DNA from: Octopus vulgaris
Lineage: Eukaryota
NCBI GenBank assembly: GCA_951406725.2
Contig: OX597817.1
Coordinates: forward strand, 171,058,001 to 171,122,000
DNA: 64,000 bases
Direction: 5' to 3'
Shown: positions 39,452 through 52,145 of the stretch, one piece after another
How the letters are laid out: each line of letters begins with the position of its first letter
How positions within the stretch are numbered: the first letter of the stretch is position 1
Notes under the pieces: generated by a model
Database searches by the model: none
What the model saw: only the letters and a program-made list of their open reading frames with translations
What the model was told of the DNA's origin: nothing
Made by a program: the position numbers and the translations under genes

Positions 39452-39850
39452 ATAGGTGCAGGCATGGCCATGTGGCAAGAAGTTTGCTTCCCAACCACAT
39501 GATACAGGTTCAGTCCCACTGTGTGGCACTTTGAGTAAATGTCTTCTACTACAGCCCTGGGCTGACCAAGGGCATGTGATTGGATTTGGTAAACAGGAAC
39601 TGAAAGAAGTTCATTGTATATATATACATGTACATATCTGTGTGTGTGTCTTTCTCTTTATATCTGTTCCCACCACCACTTGACAGCTGGTATTGGTTTG
39701 TTTATATCCCTGTAACTTGGTGGTTCAGCAGAAGAAACTAAAAGAATTAAGTACCAGGCTTCAACAAAATAAGTACTGGGGTTGATTCGTTCAAAGCAGT
39801 GCCCCAGCATGGCTCCAATCCAATGACTGAAACAAGTAAAAGATAAAAGA
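39452..39850 (+). mobile_element. SINE family A, older diverged copy
   Basis: Head, body and tail all recognisable. Confidence 0.8.
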
Positions 39851-39887
39851 TATATTTGAGAAATTCCAATAAACACAAGTCTATACC

Positions 39888-40126
39888 TATTTCTTTATTA
39901 CCCACAAGGGGCTAAACACAGAGGGGACAAACAAGGACAGACATAGGTATTAAGTCGATTATATCGACCCCAGTGCGTAACTGGTACTTAATTTATCGAC
40001 CCCGAAAGGATGAAAGGCAAAGTCGACCTTGACAGAATTTGAACTCACAACGTAACGCAGACGAAATACGGCTATGCATTTCGCCCGATCTGCTAACGAT
40101 TCTGCCAGCTCGCCGCCTTTCTATAC
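39888..40126 (-). mobile_element. SINE family B with 14-bp TSD
   Basis: TSD cacaagtctatacc at 39874-39887 and 40127-40140. Confidence 0.9.
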
Positions 40127-40146
40127 CACAAGTCTATACCATTTAT

Positions 40147-40884
40147 GGATATATACCTTTTGACCGACAGATTTAAAAAATAATTTTTTGTAACTAAACC
40201 CTTTCAAACTTCAGACACTGGTAGAATGTGTCACATAAAACATCTTTTAGTCTTGGCGTTGTTGAGAAAATTCTGTATTTTGGAAGTTATTTTTTGTTAA
40301 AGTTGTCCTATTTCAATAATTTCGACCAATCAATGACGTGTATTCAGCTGAATAAAATTACTGAAGTTGTTTGTCAACAACAACTATCAGTGCTGTATAT
40401 TTCGTTTGTCACTGTTATTTATGACATCATTCGTGCGTTTGTACTGGTTTTAACTTTAAGGTTTTAGGGTTAGGGTTAGGGTTTTAAGGTTAGAGTTACA
40501 GAAAAAAAAAGGAAAAATGAAGTACAAACGATTATGGTGGTGCCATAAAGTAAACATGCTTCAGATAGACTCGTTTATTCATACAAACGTAACTGAGATG
40601 AAATATGTCAGAAATAACAGTGACAAACGAAATATACACCACCGGAAGTTGTTGTTGACAAACAACTGCAGTAATTTTATTCAGCTGAATACACGTCATT
40701 GATTGGTTGAAATTACCGAAATATGACAACTTTAACAAAAAATAACTTTCAAAATACAGAATTTTCTCAACAATGCCAAGAGTAAAAGATATTTTATGTG
40801 ACACATTCTACAAGTATACGAAGTTTGAAAGTGTTTAGTCAAAAAAATTATTTTTAAAATCTGTCGGTCAAAAGGTAAAGATCC
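40147..40884. mobile_element. Foldback non-autonomous DNA transposon with ~280-bp TIRs and 8-bp TSD (Merlin-like)
   Basis: TSD ccatttat at 40139-40146 and 40885-40892, GG..CC termini, (TTAGGG)3 in the spacer. Confidence 0.85.
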
Positions 40885-40892
40885 CCATTTAT

Positions 40893-41114
40893 CCTTCGTG
40901 TTTCACCATTGCGGTTGTTTGGAACTCTGCATTGGATGTCCCAAGTGCCAGTTGGATACGTAACCACAACAGATCTTCAGACACTAGATCTCTGTTACAT
41001 AATGCAATAAAATCTTTCCATGACGATCCGTTGTGGTACAGCATCCAATTGTACTTCACACTGAAATATACAATGCAGAGCTCCAAGCAACCACAATGGT
41101 GAAACATACGTAGG
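40893..41114. repeat. ~220-bp hairpin MITE-like element
   Basis: tgtttcaccattgcggttgtttggaactctgcattg pairs with caatgcagagctccaagcaaccacaatggtgaaaca, and inner ccacaacagatc pairs with gatccgttgtgg. Confidence 0.8.
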
Positions 41115-41172
41115 AACAAATTATATAAGCTTATATATATATATATCATATTTCAATATAAATATAGATATG

Positions 41173-41211
<39 letters not shown>

Positions 41212-41874
41212 AAGAGAGAGAGAGGTATGATATATATCTATAGATATCTAGAGATATGATATATATAGATATATAGAGATATGATATATATAAATATAGA
41301 GATATGATAAGTACATCAACACCAACATCAAAATAAAAATCAAATGGAAATTGTAGTTAAGATTCACGTGCCGGTGGCACATAAAAAGCACCATCCAAAC
41401 GTGGCTGATGCCAGTGCCGCCTGACTCATGTCCATGACACATAAGAAGCACGTACCGATCATGGCCATTTGCCAGCCTCCTCTGGCCCCTGTGCCGGCGG
41501 CACGTAAAAAGCACTCACTACACTCACCAAGTGGTTCGTGTTAGGAAGGGCATCCAGCCGTAGAAACACTGCCAGATCAGATTGGAGCCAGGCACAGCCT
41601 CCTGGCTTCCCAGACCGCAGCCAAACCGTCCAACCCATGCTAGCATGGAAAACGGACGTTAAACGATGATGATAATGACGTGTTTATCATAATTTCTCTG
41701 ACATTAGCTCAGTACATCATAACCAGTAATATTACTAAATACAGCAGTCAAATTATTGAAACCCTTATACTGGAAGCAGACACAGTGAGGATTATCTACA
41801 TGGAGGTCTAAACTCGACAGTAGCTGTCACACATCTAATGATACATACAAGACGTACTTTATATATACCGTATT

Positions 41875-42101
41875 TTGACCCTTTTGTGTTTAAACCAGCC
41901 ATATCTGGCCCAAATATTCTTCATGTTTTATATTCAAACTGGCGATATCTGGCCACTCACACCTACCCGACAATGTCATTCTAAATATAAACAATCACAT
42001 CATTGAAACCTCAAAGATATAAGATAATACATGATTAATTCAAAACATTTGAGTGGAAAAGTATTACATTTAACAGAGTAATCTGAACACTAAAGGGTTA
42101 A
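41875..42101. mobile_element. TTAA MITE family 1
   Basis: ttgaccctttt..taaagggttaa. Confidence 0.8.
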
Positions 42102-42349
42102 GGAAACCTTTTTTTATAAAAAATTAAGGAGTTTCTTATACATGGATAGTATTATAATCCCTTACAAAACCATTTTTCCCTTATACACGTTAAAACATGG
42201 GAAATGTTAAAAAAATAATGAGAAATACATGGAAGAGCTTTGTATTATCTAAAGTCATTTATAGTCATTATAACATTACATCACAACAGATGATGTAAGA
42301 AACTCTTGATAAAGGCCCACACAACACTGATCATATATCATTTATAGCA

Positions 42350-42546
42350 TGTTGCGGGTTGTGGATCCGTGGAATAAGCTGCCGGATGAGATGGTGAAGA
42401 TGCCGACGACCGCTCGGTTCAAAGTCTCCCTTGACCACAAGTGGCCTGAACTCTTTACATGAACACCACCCTGTACATAACTCCATGTCCCCCTACATGG
42501 CCTTGCTTTTTGCTTTTTGAGCCAAAAATTAACTAACTAACTAACT
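42350..42546 (+). mobile_element. CR1-group LINE 3' end (same family as 940-1335)
   Basis: gggttgtggatccgtggaataagctgccgga.. and a (taac)n tail. Confidence 0.9.
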
Positions 42547-42898
42547 ATGTATTGTAGTATAATAGTTGAGGCCAAACCTTATATGTAAGCTATTGTGATG
42601 TAACACTGGACAAGGTACATAACTCTTTATACCTTAGCTCATCTCGAGTATTAAACAGGTTGTACTTCTACTTCAGGTAGAAAATCTATTTGAATATAAA
42701 CCATTTCCTCAAAAAAAAGAAAATAATAATTATAAAATAATGAAGTTAAATGAAAATAGGCTATATTTGATTTAGTTGCAGAGTCTAACCTAGAGAACAA
42801 GCTGGAAGAAAACTGAATTTTTGATTTACTAATTCATATTCATCACTCATTATGCTTTAATGTCTTGCCAATTAAATAAAGGAAGTTTTGAAATAAAC

Positions 42899-42956
42899 CT
42901 GTTGTTAATCTGGTCCTGAATCATCTTCAGTCCTCATAAAATGGAAGAAACGGTCT
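42899..42956 (-). other. Candidate exon containing the stop codon of the small spliced ORF
   Basis: Acceptor ttatttttgatttctttcag, in-phase RDRFFHFMRTEDDSGPD*. Confidence 0.4.
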
Positions 42957-43234
42957 CTGAAAGAAATCAAAAATAATTTACAAGAGAAATTTCATAACAG
43001 CTGTTGTAATAAGTTTAAGTGTCAAGGTAAAAAAATCATCTGAAACTGTATCATAATTAAGGATTGGTTAAAATAAGTGGTCAGTAAATGATGGATAAAA
43101 TCTTAAACAAATAAATTAGTAGCCATCTTTGTTACAGCCATTTCTTTCAATGACTCAGGCTCCTGAAAAGGCTCTACTCTCCTCTGAAGTTTCATAAGAG
43201 ATCAGACAAGAATCTAAAAAGATGAAGTCTGGGC

Positions 43235-43610
43235 TAGGAGTGGCTGTGTGGTAAGTAGCTTGCTTACCAACCACATGGTTCCGGGTTCATTCCCACTGCA
43301 TGGCACCTTGGGCAAGTGTCTTCTACTATAGCCTTGGGCTGACCAAAGCATTGTGAGTGGATTTGGTAGACAGAAAATGAAAGAAGCCTGTCATGTGTGT
43401 GTGTGTCTGTGTTTGTCCCCACCAACATCGCTTGACACCCAGTGCTGGTGTGTTTACGTCCCCCATAACTTAGCAGTTCAGCAAAAGAGACTGATAGAAT
43501 AAGTACTAGGTTTACAAAGAATAAGTCCTGGAGTCGATTTGCTTGACTAAAGGCGGTGCTCCAGCATGGCCACAGTCAAATGACTGAAACAAGTAAAAGA
43601 GTAAAAGAGT
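43235..43610 (+). mobile_element. SINE family A
   Basis: Full length. Confidence 0.9.
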
Positions 43611-44048
43611 ATGTTTCTGTTGAAATACACTACTTTCATATCAGTTAATTTTGAAAATAATGGAACATTTTGTAAAATAGCTTTCTCATAATTAAGCTGG
43701 TGTTTGGAATGTAAATTAACATGAAATTTTAATGGAAAGTTTTAAATTAGATTTCTTTGAAACAAGAAATTTATATCACAGGACCAGAGATAGTCTCAAG
43801 CAGGCTGGTATCAAAGGAGTTAACCTCTTTAGTATTTAATCCAGCCATATCCAGCCCAAATATTCTAACTGTTTTATATTTAAACTGCCAAGATCCAGCC
43901 TCTTGCACCTACCCTACAATGTCATTCTAAAAATATACAAATACACCAATGAAATCTTGAAGCTATAAGACAATATGTGATTAAGTCAGAAGAATGTGAA
44001 TAAATAAGCAATACATTTGACAAAGAAATCTGAATGCGATAGGGTTAA
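43610..44048. mobile_element. Two different TTAA MITEs abutting at one shared TTAA (43820-43823)
   Basis: Family-2 right end tcaaaggagTTAA, then family-1 cctcttta..tagggTTAA. Confidence 0.7.
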
Positions 44049-44081
44049 AATAACAATTAAGAAAATAGCAAAATTACTAAC

Positions 44082-44195
44082 CTTCCAGAGTAGTCAGGAA
44101 GTATATTGACAGTCCGTAAGCAGAGCTTTGTCTCTGATACGACCCACTTATATAGCTCTGATATGTGGCTACAGTCAACCTCAAGCCAAATTGAT
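44082..44195 (-). other. Candidate internal exon, 114 bp
   Basis: Acceptor atcttttattttcag, donor GAAG|gttagt, two open frames, unique sequence squeezed between MITEs. Confidence 0.55.
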
Positions 44196-44221
44196 CTGAA
44201 AATAAAAGATTTTTAATAACA

Positions 44222-44450
44222 TTAACCCTTTTGTTACTGTATTTATTTTGAGATGCTCTGTGTTTCTTTCAATTACTTTAACTATAACAAAGAATTTAGT
44301 CAAATAACTTAGTTATCATTCAGCTAGTGTTAGGAACATAAATTGTGACTAAGGTTTGATGGAAGATTTTAATTCAAAACTTCTGAAAACAAGACATTTG
44401 TACTACAGAGCCAGAGGCGGTTTTGGCCAGGTTGGTAACGAAAGGGTCAA
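44222..44450. mobile_element. TTAA MITE family 2
   Basis: ttaacccttttgttac..gtaacgaaagggtcaa TIRs. Confidence 0.8.
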
Positions 44451-45179
44451 ACTAATACAACACTTGAAAGAATGCTCTAGCAATAATTTGTTAATCATGG
44501 TTGTCTTCTATACTCAACTGCATGAGGTACAAAATTGTACAGCTTTGTTTTCAATGATTATGTGTCTGATAAGTGGTGTAGACCAAGGTTTTTCCCCCTT
44601 TTTTCCTGATGTCTACTGCAAGACACATTTTACTGTCCCCTAACCAGTCATCACCTTGCATAAAACCACTTACTGCAATATTATTCTCCCCATCAATTGA
44701 GGGGTCTTGTCTCACAAGTTACTTGGTCACCTCACTGGTGCTGGTGCCACATAAAGAATCACCCAGTACACCTTGTAAAGGGGTTGACATTAGGAAGGAC
44801 ATCTGATCACAGAAATATGTCAAATATGTCAAAAAAATATGTCAAAGAAATACGTTAAATATGTCAAAGCAGATTGTAGAGCTTGTTGCAGTCTTCTGGC
44901 TTACCAGTTCCTGTCAAACCATCCAAATGATGCCAGTATGGAATGTAAATGTTAAATCATCATCATCATCGTTTAACATCCGCTCTCCATGCTAGCATGG
45001 GTTGGACGATTTGACTGAGGACTGGCAAACTAGATGGCTACACCAAGCTCCAATCTTGATCTAGCAGAGTTTCTACAGCTGGATGCCCTTCCTAACGCCA
45101 ACCACTCCGAAAGTGTAGTGGGGCCAGTCAGGCGGTACTGGCAACGGCCACGAAAAAATCGTGTTTTTCTTTTTTTTAA

Positions 45180-45380
45180 GCCCTCCAATGGACACCCAAG
45201 GGAGATAGAAGTGGGGCAGATAAAAAACAACATGGATAAAATCCACAGAAACTGGGGAACTGGGAGAGGACAACACCTGGGGACAACTGCAATCCATTGC
45301 CAAAGATCAAGACAGATGGCACTCTCTTGTTGGTGCCCTATGATCCACATGGGGTCAAAGGAACTATTAATGAATGAATA
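45180..45380 (+). mobile_element. RTE-clade LINE 3' fragment
   Basis: WTPKGDRSG..KTTW..IAKDQDRWHSLVGAL and an (atga)n tail. Confidence 0.6.
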
Positions 45381-45594
45381 CAAAAAAAAAAAAAGCAAAA
45401 TATTGCTTAACAGAATATTTATTAAATATAAGGCGGTGAGCTGTCAGAGACGTTAGCACGCAGGGCAAAATACTTAGTAGTATTTCATCTGCCGTTACGT
45501 TCTTTGGAAACATCAGATCCTATCAAATCATCCAACCCACGCCAGCATGGAACAGGAATATTAAATGATGATGATAATGACTCTCTTCATCATA

Positions 45595-46155
45595 TATTAA
45601 TGAGCCAAACGCCCCCCCCCTGTTCAATGGATGGTGCTGAGTTGTCAAACATTTAAACAAATTTTCTCAAAACTTTTCATTAAAAAATAATTAAGCATGC
45701 CTTTATTTCAACGAAATTTTTGGTTTTCTTAAACAAAGTTAAGGTAAAAAAAAAACTTCTTGAGAAACCAAATAGTCTTTCCTTCCTTCATGCCAAGTTT
45801 GAAGAAAATATCTCTTTTGCATCTTACTTTTTTGGTCTCTTAAATATACTGCATTTTGTGGCATTATTTCAAGCCAGCCAGCTTTTTTTGCGCAAATTGC
45901 ACGTGCATTTTTCTTGCATACACATAGTATCGATTGCAACAGCTGATGTATTTGCATATACAAATGCACATTCCCATGGCTTTCTCAATTGCGTTCTCAC
46001 CTTGAATCGATTTTTGTAACTTTTCCAAAACTTATACACACTCTGATACGGTCAGTATCTACACATCAAATTTGAGCGCAATCGGATGGAGGATGCCCGA
46101 GATCCTAGAAGACACACACACACAGACAGACAGAACAGATTTTATATAATAGATG
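45595..46155 (+). mobile_element. Helentron/DINE-1-like non-autonomous element (HINE-type)
   Basis: 3' architecture aaattt..caatcgg, (ca)n(caga)n microsatellite, ttttatataatagat end. Confidence 0.45.
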
Positions 46156-46400
46156 TTGCTGGTGTCAATACTGATCTAGTAATACTTTGATCAAACATGT
46201 TCCTACATGAAACTCCTACATGTTTCTTTGATTCCTTTTTGCTTCTATTGTTGCCTATTTGTAGAAATAGTGTACCTAGGATTAAATTATCCAATGTATT
46301 TTTAATTTTTATTTTTATTTTTCTTATTTCTAAGCATATTTTTTTCCAGACAGTGAGAAGTGATTTGAGGTAGATTTTGACAACTATCCCCCCCACCTCT

Positions 46401-46475
<75 letters not shown>

Positions 46476-47069
46476 GCTTCAATACATTATCCCTTTTATC
46501 TATTTCTCTAAATTTTCACCAGTCAGATCAAAGCACAGAGGAAAGTCTGGAGGATATCCAAAGCACCTCCGATGTGCCGCTCAATCATCAGAACTGGATG
46601 TAGGGGCTAAAAACCAATCAAGCCATCTAAGTAGCTGGTTTCCTCTGATGTTTTCCTCAAGGTAGCTGATGCCAGCAAGAGAACAACACACAATTCCTTC
46701 AACTGATTATTATATAGAGTAAAGACCCCCTTCGATCATGAATGACTATGGGATTGCACCTAGAAAGTTCCCCTCTGAGACACAAGTCTGGGAAAGGTTA
46801 TTTATAGAAAACCAGCAGTCACCCATGCATACCAACCTCCCTTCTCCACGCCAACAAAGTTATCCAAAGGGAAAGCAAAGGGGCCAATATAGCTTGGCAC
46901 CCGTGACGTCGCAACTCATTTCTACGGCTGAGTGAACTGAAGCAATGTGAAATAAAACAGCTTGTCCAAGAACACAATACGCAGCCTGGTCCGAGAATCG
47001 AACTCACTACTCCATGATTGTGAGCCAGACACTCTAACCACTGAGCCATGCACCCTCAAATTGTTATGT

Positions 47070-47466
47070 ATTCTTTTACTCATTTCAGTCATTTGACTGT
47101 GGCCATGCTGGAGCACCACCTTTAGTCGAGGAAATTGACCCCAGGACTTAATCTTTGTAAGCCTAGTACTTATTCTATCGGTCTCTTTTGCCGAACCGCT
47201 AAGTTATGGGGACGCAAACACGCCAGCATTGGTTGTCAAACAATGTTGGGGTGACAAACAGACACACAAACATATGCACACACACATATATATATATATA
47301 TATACATATATATAAACGACAGGCTTCTTTCAGTTTCCGTCTACCAGATCCACTCGCAGGCTTTGGTCGGCCCGAGGCTATAGTAGAAGACACTTGCCCA
47401 AAGTGCCATGCAGCAGGACTGAACCTGGAACCATGTAGTTCATAAGCAAGCTACTTACCACACAGC
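47070..47466 (-). mobile_element. SINE family A, inverted relative to the 43235 copy
   Basis: Reverse complement of the full element. Confidence 0.88.
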
Positions 47467-47680
47467 TAATTTATTCATATGTTCTTCTGCTTCTTCCATT
47501 TTGTCTGCCGGTACCATGAGGCAGTCTGGAAAGCCTCTTCAGATATTTCTCTGCTGTGAGGAAGAGGAAGGGTACAATCAAGGGATGAATGGAATCCAAC
47601 TGTGACCACCCATGCCTAAGGACATTCTCTTCTTTGTTTCTGTTAATGCTTACCATAATTGGAAGGTTGTTCTGTGTTTC

Positions 47681-48041
47681 ATAATAATAATAATAATAAT
47701 AATGAAATTATTGTATACAGTGATCAGGTGCACCACAACGTGTCAAAAGTGCATATAAAGTATATGCAGTAATGTAGAAATGTCTGGAAAGTGAACAGTG
47801 TATGAGTCAGATACATGCTTGTGTGTGTATGGAGGGGAGAAAATCAGGTGTAATGTTGGCGAATCTCAGGAAGCATGGAAGTTTTGAAGGATGCAGTGCT
47901 CCGACAACTAACAACTGATGCTGGCAGTTTGTTCCATGCTTCAGCAACTCTCAGCGTGAAAAAATGTTTCCTAAAGTCATGGGAGCTGTGCTGTTTTCTT
48001 ACTTTGTAAATATGTCCACGGGTGTTAGATGGGTGGAGTTT
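47681..48041 (-). mobile_element. CR1-group LINE 3' fragment (second family)
   Basis: NTRGHIYKV..RKHFFTLRVAEAWNKLP..FK and an (att)n tail. Near-identical longer copy at 52661-53060. Confidence 0.88.
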
Positions 48042-48179
48042 TAGAGATTCTGGCTTGTACATCAAAGATGTGTGAGATAAACTCTCACATCAACTACGAA
48101 ATCAACTCAGTTACTAGTGTAGAATTCTGTCCACCATACAAAAACATTTAATGACGGAAACACTAATCAGTCAACTTAC

Positions 48180-48283
48180 AATTTCTCTTCTGGTAAAAGA
48201 GTTTTCATATCTTTATCCTCGACATACGGTGGGTGACTGACTTTGGAAGTCGAAGGGAGAGAACTCCTTCAATCTCTCTGCGC
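48180..48283 (-). other. Candidate exon with 5' UTR and start codon (ATG at 48208)
   Basis: Acceptor tcttgttttgttatgcag, donor |gtaagt, stops in all through-frames, MKTLLPEEK after the ATG. Confidence 0.5.
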
Positions 48284-49559
48284 CTGCATAACAAAACAAG
48301 ATTGAGAAGACAGGAACAAAACATTGCTTATTCTTCTTATTCTTCGACTAGTTTGCTATTGCACTGCGGCCATGCTGGAGCACAACCTTCAAATGTTTTT
48401 AGCCGGTCATATCTACCCGAATATTTATTTCTGTCCGGTATTTATTTGATCGATCTCTGTCTATAAAACTGTTAAATTACGTTTTGGTATAACTGGAAGC
48501 AAAATAATAATAATAATAATAATGGTTTCAAATTTTGCCACAAGGGCAGCAGTTTTGGGAAGGAGATGAATTGATTACATCAATCCCCAGTACTCAACTG
48601 GTACTTAATTTATCGACCCTGAAAAGATGAAAGGCAAAGTCCACCTCAGCAGAATTTTAACTCAGAACGTAGTGACAGACGAAATACTGCTCGATTCTGC
48701 CAGCTCACTGTCTTAATAATAATAATCACTGTGACCGACCAGGCTATCAGATGTTGCTACACATCGCTGGTCACAATGCGCTTCGCATTGTTTTAGCCTT
48801 CAAATGACGCCACCCCGCAGGCTAAGCGAGCTGGCCAACAGAAGAAAGAGTGAGAGAAAGTTGTGGCGAAAGAGTACATCAGGGATTGCCCCCACCCACC
48901 CCTGCCGGAGCCTCGTGGAGCATTACGTGTTTTCGCTCAATAAACACTCACAATGCCCGGTCTGGGAATCGAAACCATGATCCTACAACCACGAGTCCGC
49001 TGCCCTAACCACTGGGCTATTGGGCCTCCAATAATGATAATGATAAACTTTTTGTATCCAATGTTCCTGTGCAGTATAACTTGTAAAAGTAAACGAGGAG
49101 ACAGAAAACAATCGTAAGTCAAGTAAAGAAAGTAAGCAACGAAATTTAAGAAGTTCCTGCTCAGTAAGACTGGCTGTGTGGTGAGTAGCTTGCTTCCGAA
49201 CCACATGGTTCCGGGTTCAGTCCCACTGCATGGCACCTTGAGCAAGTCTCTTCTCCTATAGCCTCAGTCCGACCAAAGCCTTGTGAGTGGATTTGGTAGA
49301 TGGAAACTGAAAGAAGCCCTCTACCCACCAAAGCTTTCCTCAATCCATCAATCCATACAAAATGAATGGAAAAAAAGGCAGTGTATTTCAATAGAAATTT
49401 GGTAACAAAAGGGTCAGAGGTAGACGATGCTAAGACACTTTCAAAACTTGCCCAAAGAGCCACACAGGGAGATTGGAACTAGGTCGATATGGGTAGTGTC
49501 CCTCCAAAAATTAGCAAAAAGTCACATAGAAATTGTGGAAACCTTATCACATGTATGTA

Positions 49560-49850
49560 TGAGAGAGAGGGAGAGAGAGAGGGAGAGGGAGAGAGAGAGA
49601 GAGAACATGAGAATGAGAGCATGAGAGAGAGAGAGCATGAGGGAGAGAGCGTGAGAGAGAGCATGAGTGAGAGAGAGAGCATAAGAGAGGGAGAGAGCAT
49701 GAGAGAGAGAGAGAGCATGAGGGAGAGAGCGTGAGAAAGAGCATGAGAGAGAGAGAGAGAGCTTGAGAGAGAGAGAGTGAGACAGAGCTTGAGAGAGAGA
49801 GAGAGAGAGAGCATGAGAGAGAGAGAGAGAGAGCATGAGAGAGAGAGCGT
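49560..49850. repeat. (GA)n with gcat interruptions
   Basis: Read directly. Pure (CT)n also at 46404-46471. Confidence 0.95.
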
Positions 49851-51627
49851 GTACGAGTGTGCGTGCGCGAGCAAGTGAGAGACAGACAGGGATGCAAGCA
49901 GACACATTGTGTGTGGTCAAATCAACGCATCAAAGATATCTTGCGACATTTATGTCTAAGTTGCCTCCCCTTATCGCCCCAGTTGCTTCCCCTAACAAGT
50001 AATGATTTCCGTCTTTTGGACTGACCATAAATAACTAAATAAATGAATAAATACCAGACGATCTGGCCCAGTGGTTAGGGCAGCGGACTCGCGGTCATAG
50101 GATCGCGGTTTCGATTCCCAGACCGGGCGTTGTGAGTGTTTATTGAGCGAAAACACCTAAAGCTCCACGAGGCTCCGGCAGGGGATGGTGGTGATCCCTG
50201 CTGTACTCTTTCACCACAACTTTCTCTCACTCTTACTTCCTGTTTCTGTTGTACCTGTATTTCAAAGGGCCGGCCTTGTCACTCTCTGTGTCACGCTGAA
50301 TATCCCCGAGAACTGCGTTAAAGGTACACGTGTCTGTGGAGTGCTCAGCCACTTACACGTTAATTTCACGAGCAGGCTGTTCCGTTGATTCGGATCAACC
50401 GGAACCCTCGTCGTCGTAACCGACGGAGTGCTTCCATCCACTAGGCGATCTACTGAAGTAAATATTAAAGTAAAACATTCGAAAACGGTACTGCAACAGG
50501 CCATTGTATTTGCTTATTTGACTTAACTGTTGTTCGCCATGTCTCAGCCCCATACAATAACACTGCTTTTACGTTATATATATGCTTATACAGCAGACCC
50601 AAAATTGCCACCCCCATAAAAACTGCTTCCATTGCCTCATCCCAGACCCAATTATGCTACTTAATCAAATTTTAGTGACCATCTTTCCCTCACTGAACTC
50701 ATTTTGCTAATAGTACCTTTGTACATGGCATGCACAAGCTTCCAAATGTTATTTATCTACACCTAGTTTTCTCAACCACCACCAAACTATTGAATGGGAC
50801 AACCTGTGAGAGCGCACCTTTAGATCAGCAAATGCTAACTACAGTAGCTTGTTTTAGCTAAGAACTCCCATAGTGAGCTGCATCACTAGAAGAGCACTGG
50901 TGATACTCACTCCAGGCAGAAACCCAAACTTCATCTCATCTAAACTAATAATCTTTCTAATCAGTTATTTTCACAACTTAACCCCTACAAATTCGATGCT
51001 TCTTTAGTTGATTCTTTCCACAAATGTTTGTATGTATGTTTCTCATGCCTTACTAACTACTTCTAAATGGTGCATCATTGGGGGAGAGGGGGGGAACTAT
51101 TTTCATTTTCAGACTCCCCATATCTCAAAGCATATAATACTACACTTTTCATGGAAAACTGGGGAGGTTGGAACACTCAGAAATTCACCCCACTTCAACC
51201 TCAGTGGGGGGGGGGAGGGTTCATAGACTAGTTTCCTAGTCACCTTTTGCCACTGTATGACACCTCCTGTCCTACCTGTCTGACTCTGTAAGTAATGAGC
51301 ACATGTCCTACATCACCAAATACTTTCAGCGTTTGGTGTCTATCTCTGATAGTCCAGCTACTTTGTTTGCCTTCTTCATATCCTTTATCATATTTTCAAC
51401 CATAGCATTAAACCTAATTCTTAGTTCTGGAAACCAAACAGTATTCTCAGTATGAGCACTGGTTTATGAGGAAACTCACTGAGGGAAAGAAAGAGTAAAT
51501 ATTTATAGAGTTCTATAGAAGAAATCTTACAAACTAAGAAAGAAAAAGTGGAAATTGTTAAGCTTGAAAATACAATAGAGTCATACATACATTCATTTCA
51601 TTAGTTATATAACTAAATAAAGCCAGA

Positions 51628-52145
51628 GAGGCTGTGTGGTAAGTAGCTTGCTTACCAACCACAAGGTTCCAGGTTCAATCCCACTGTGTGGCACCTTGGG
51701 CAAGTGTCTTCTACTATAGCCTCGGGCTGACCAAAGCCTTGTGAGTGGATTTAGTAGACGGAAACTGAAAGAAGCCCGTCGTATATATGTATGTATATAT
51801 ATATAAAATACAAAATGGGACAAGAACGCAAAACATCCAAATAGACAATACAAAACACGGACAGGTCATTCAAAGCCTTTAATCTTCAGTCAAGAACCGG
51901 ATCATCCTCGCAATTTCGGCTGATATATATATGTTTATGTGTCTGTGTTTGTCCCCCCAACATCGCTTGACAACCGATGCTGGTGTGTTTACATCCCTGT
52001 AACTTAGCGGTTTGGCAAAAGAGACCGATAGAATAAGTACTAGGCTTACAAAGAATAAGTCCTGGGGTCGATTTGCTCGACTAAAAGGTTGTGCACCAGC
52101 ATGGCCACAGTCAAATGACTGAAACAACTAAAAGAGTAAAGAGAG
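51628..52145 (+). mobile_element. SINE family A with a ~120-bp foreign insert in its TA tract
   Basis: Insert 51805-51925 resembles the reverse complement of 20875-21010. Confidence 0.8.

Noticed and set aside
40464-40497. Telomere or chromosome-fusion scar
   Set aside because: Only three perfect hexamers, and they are internal to a TSD-flanked transposon.
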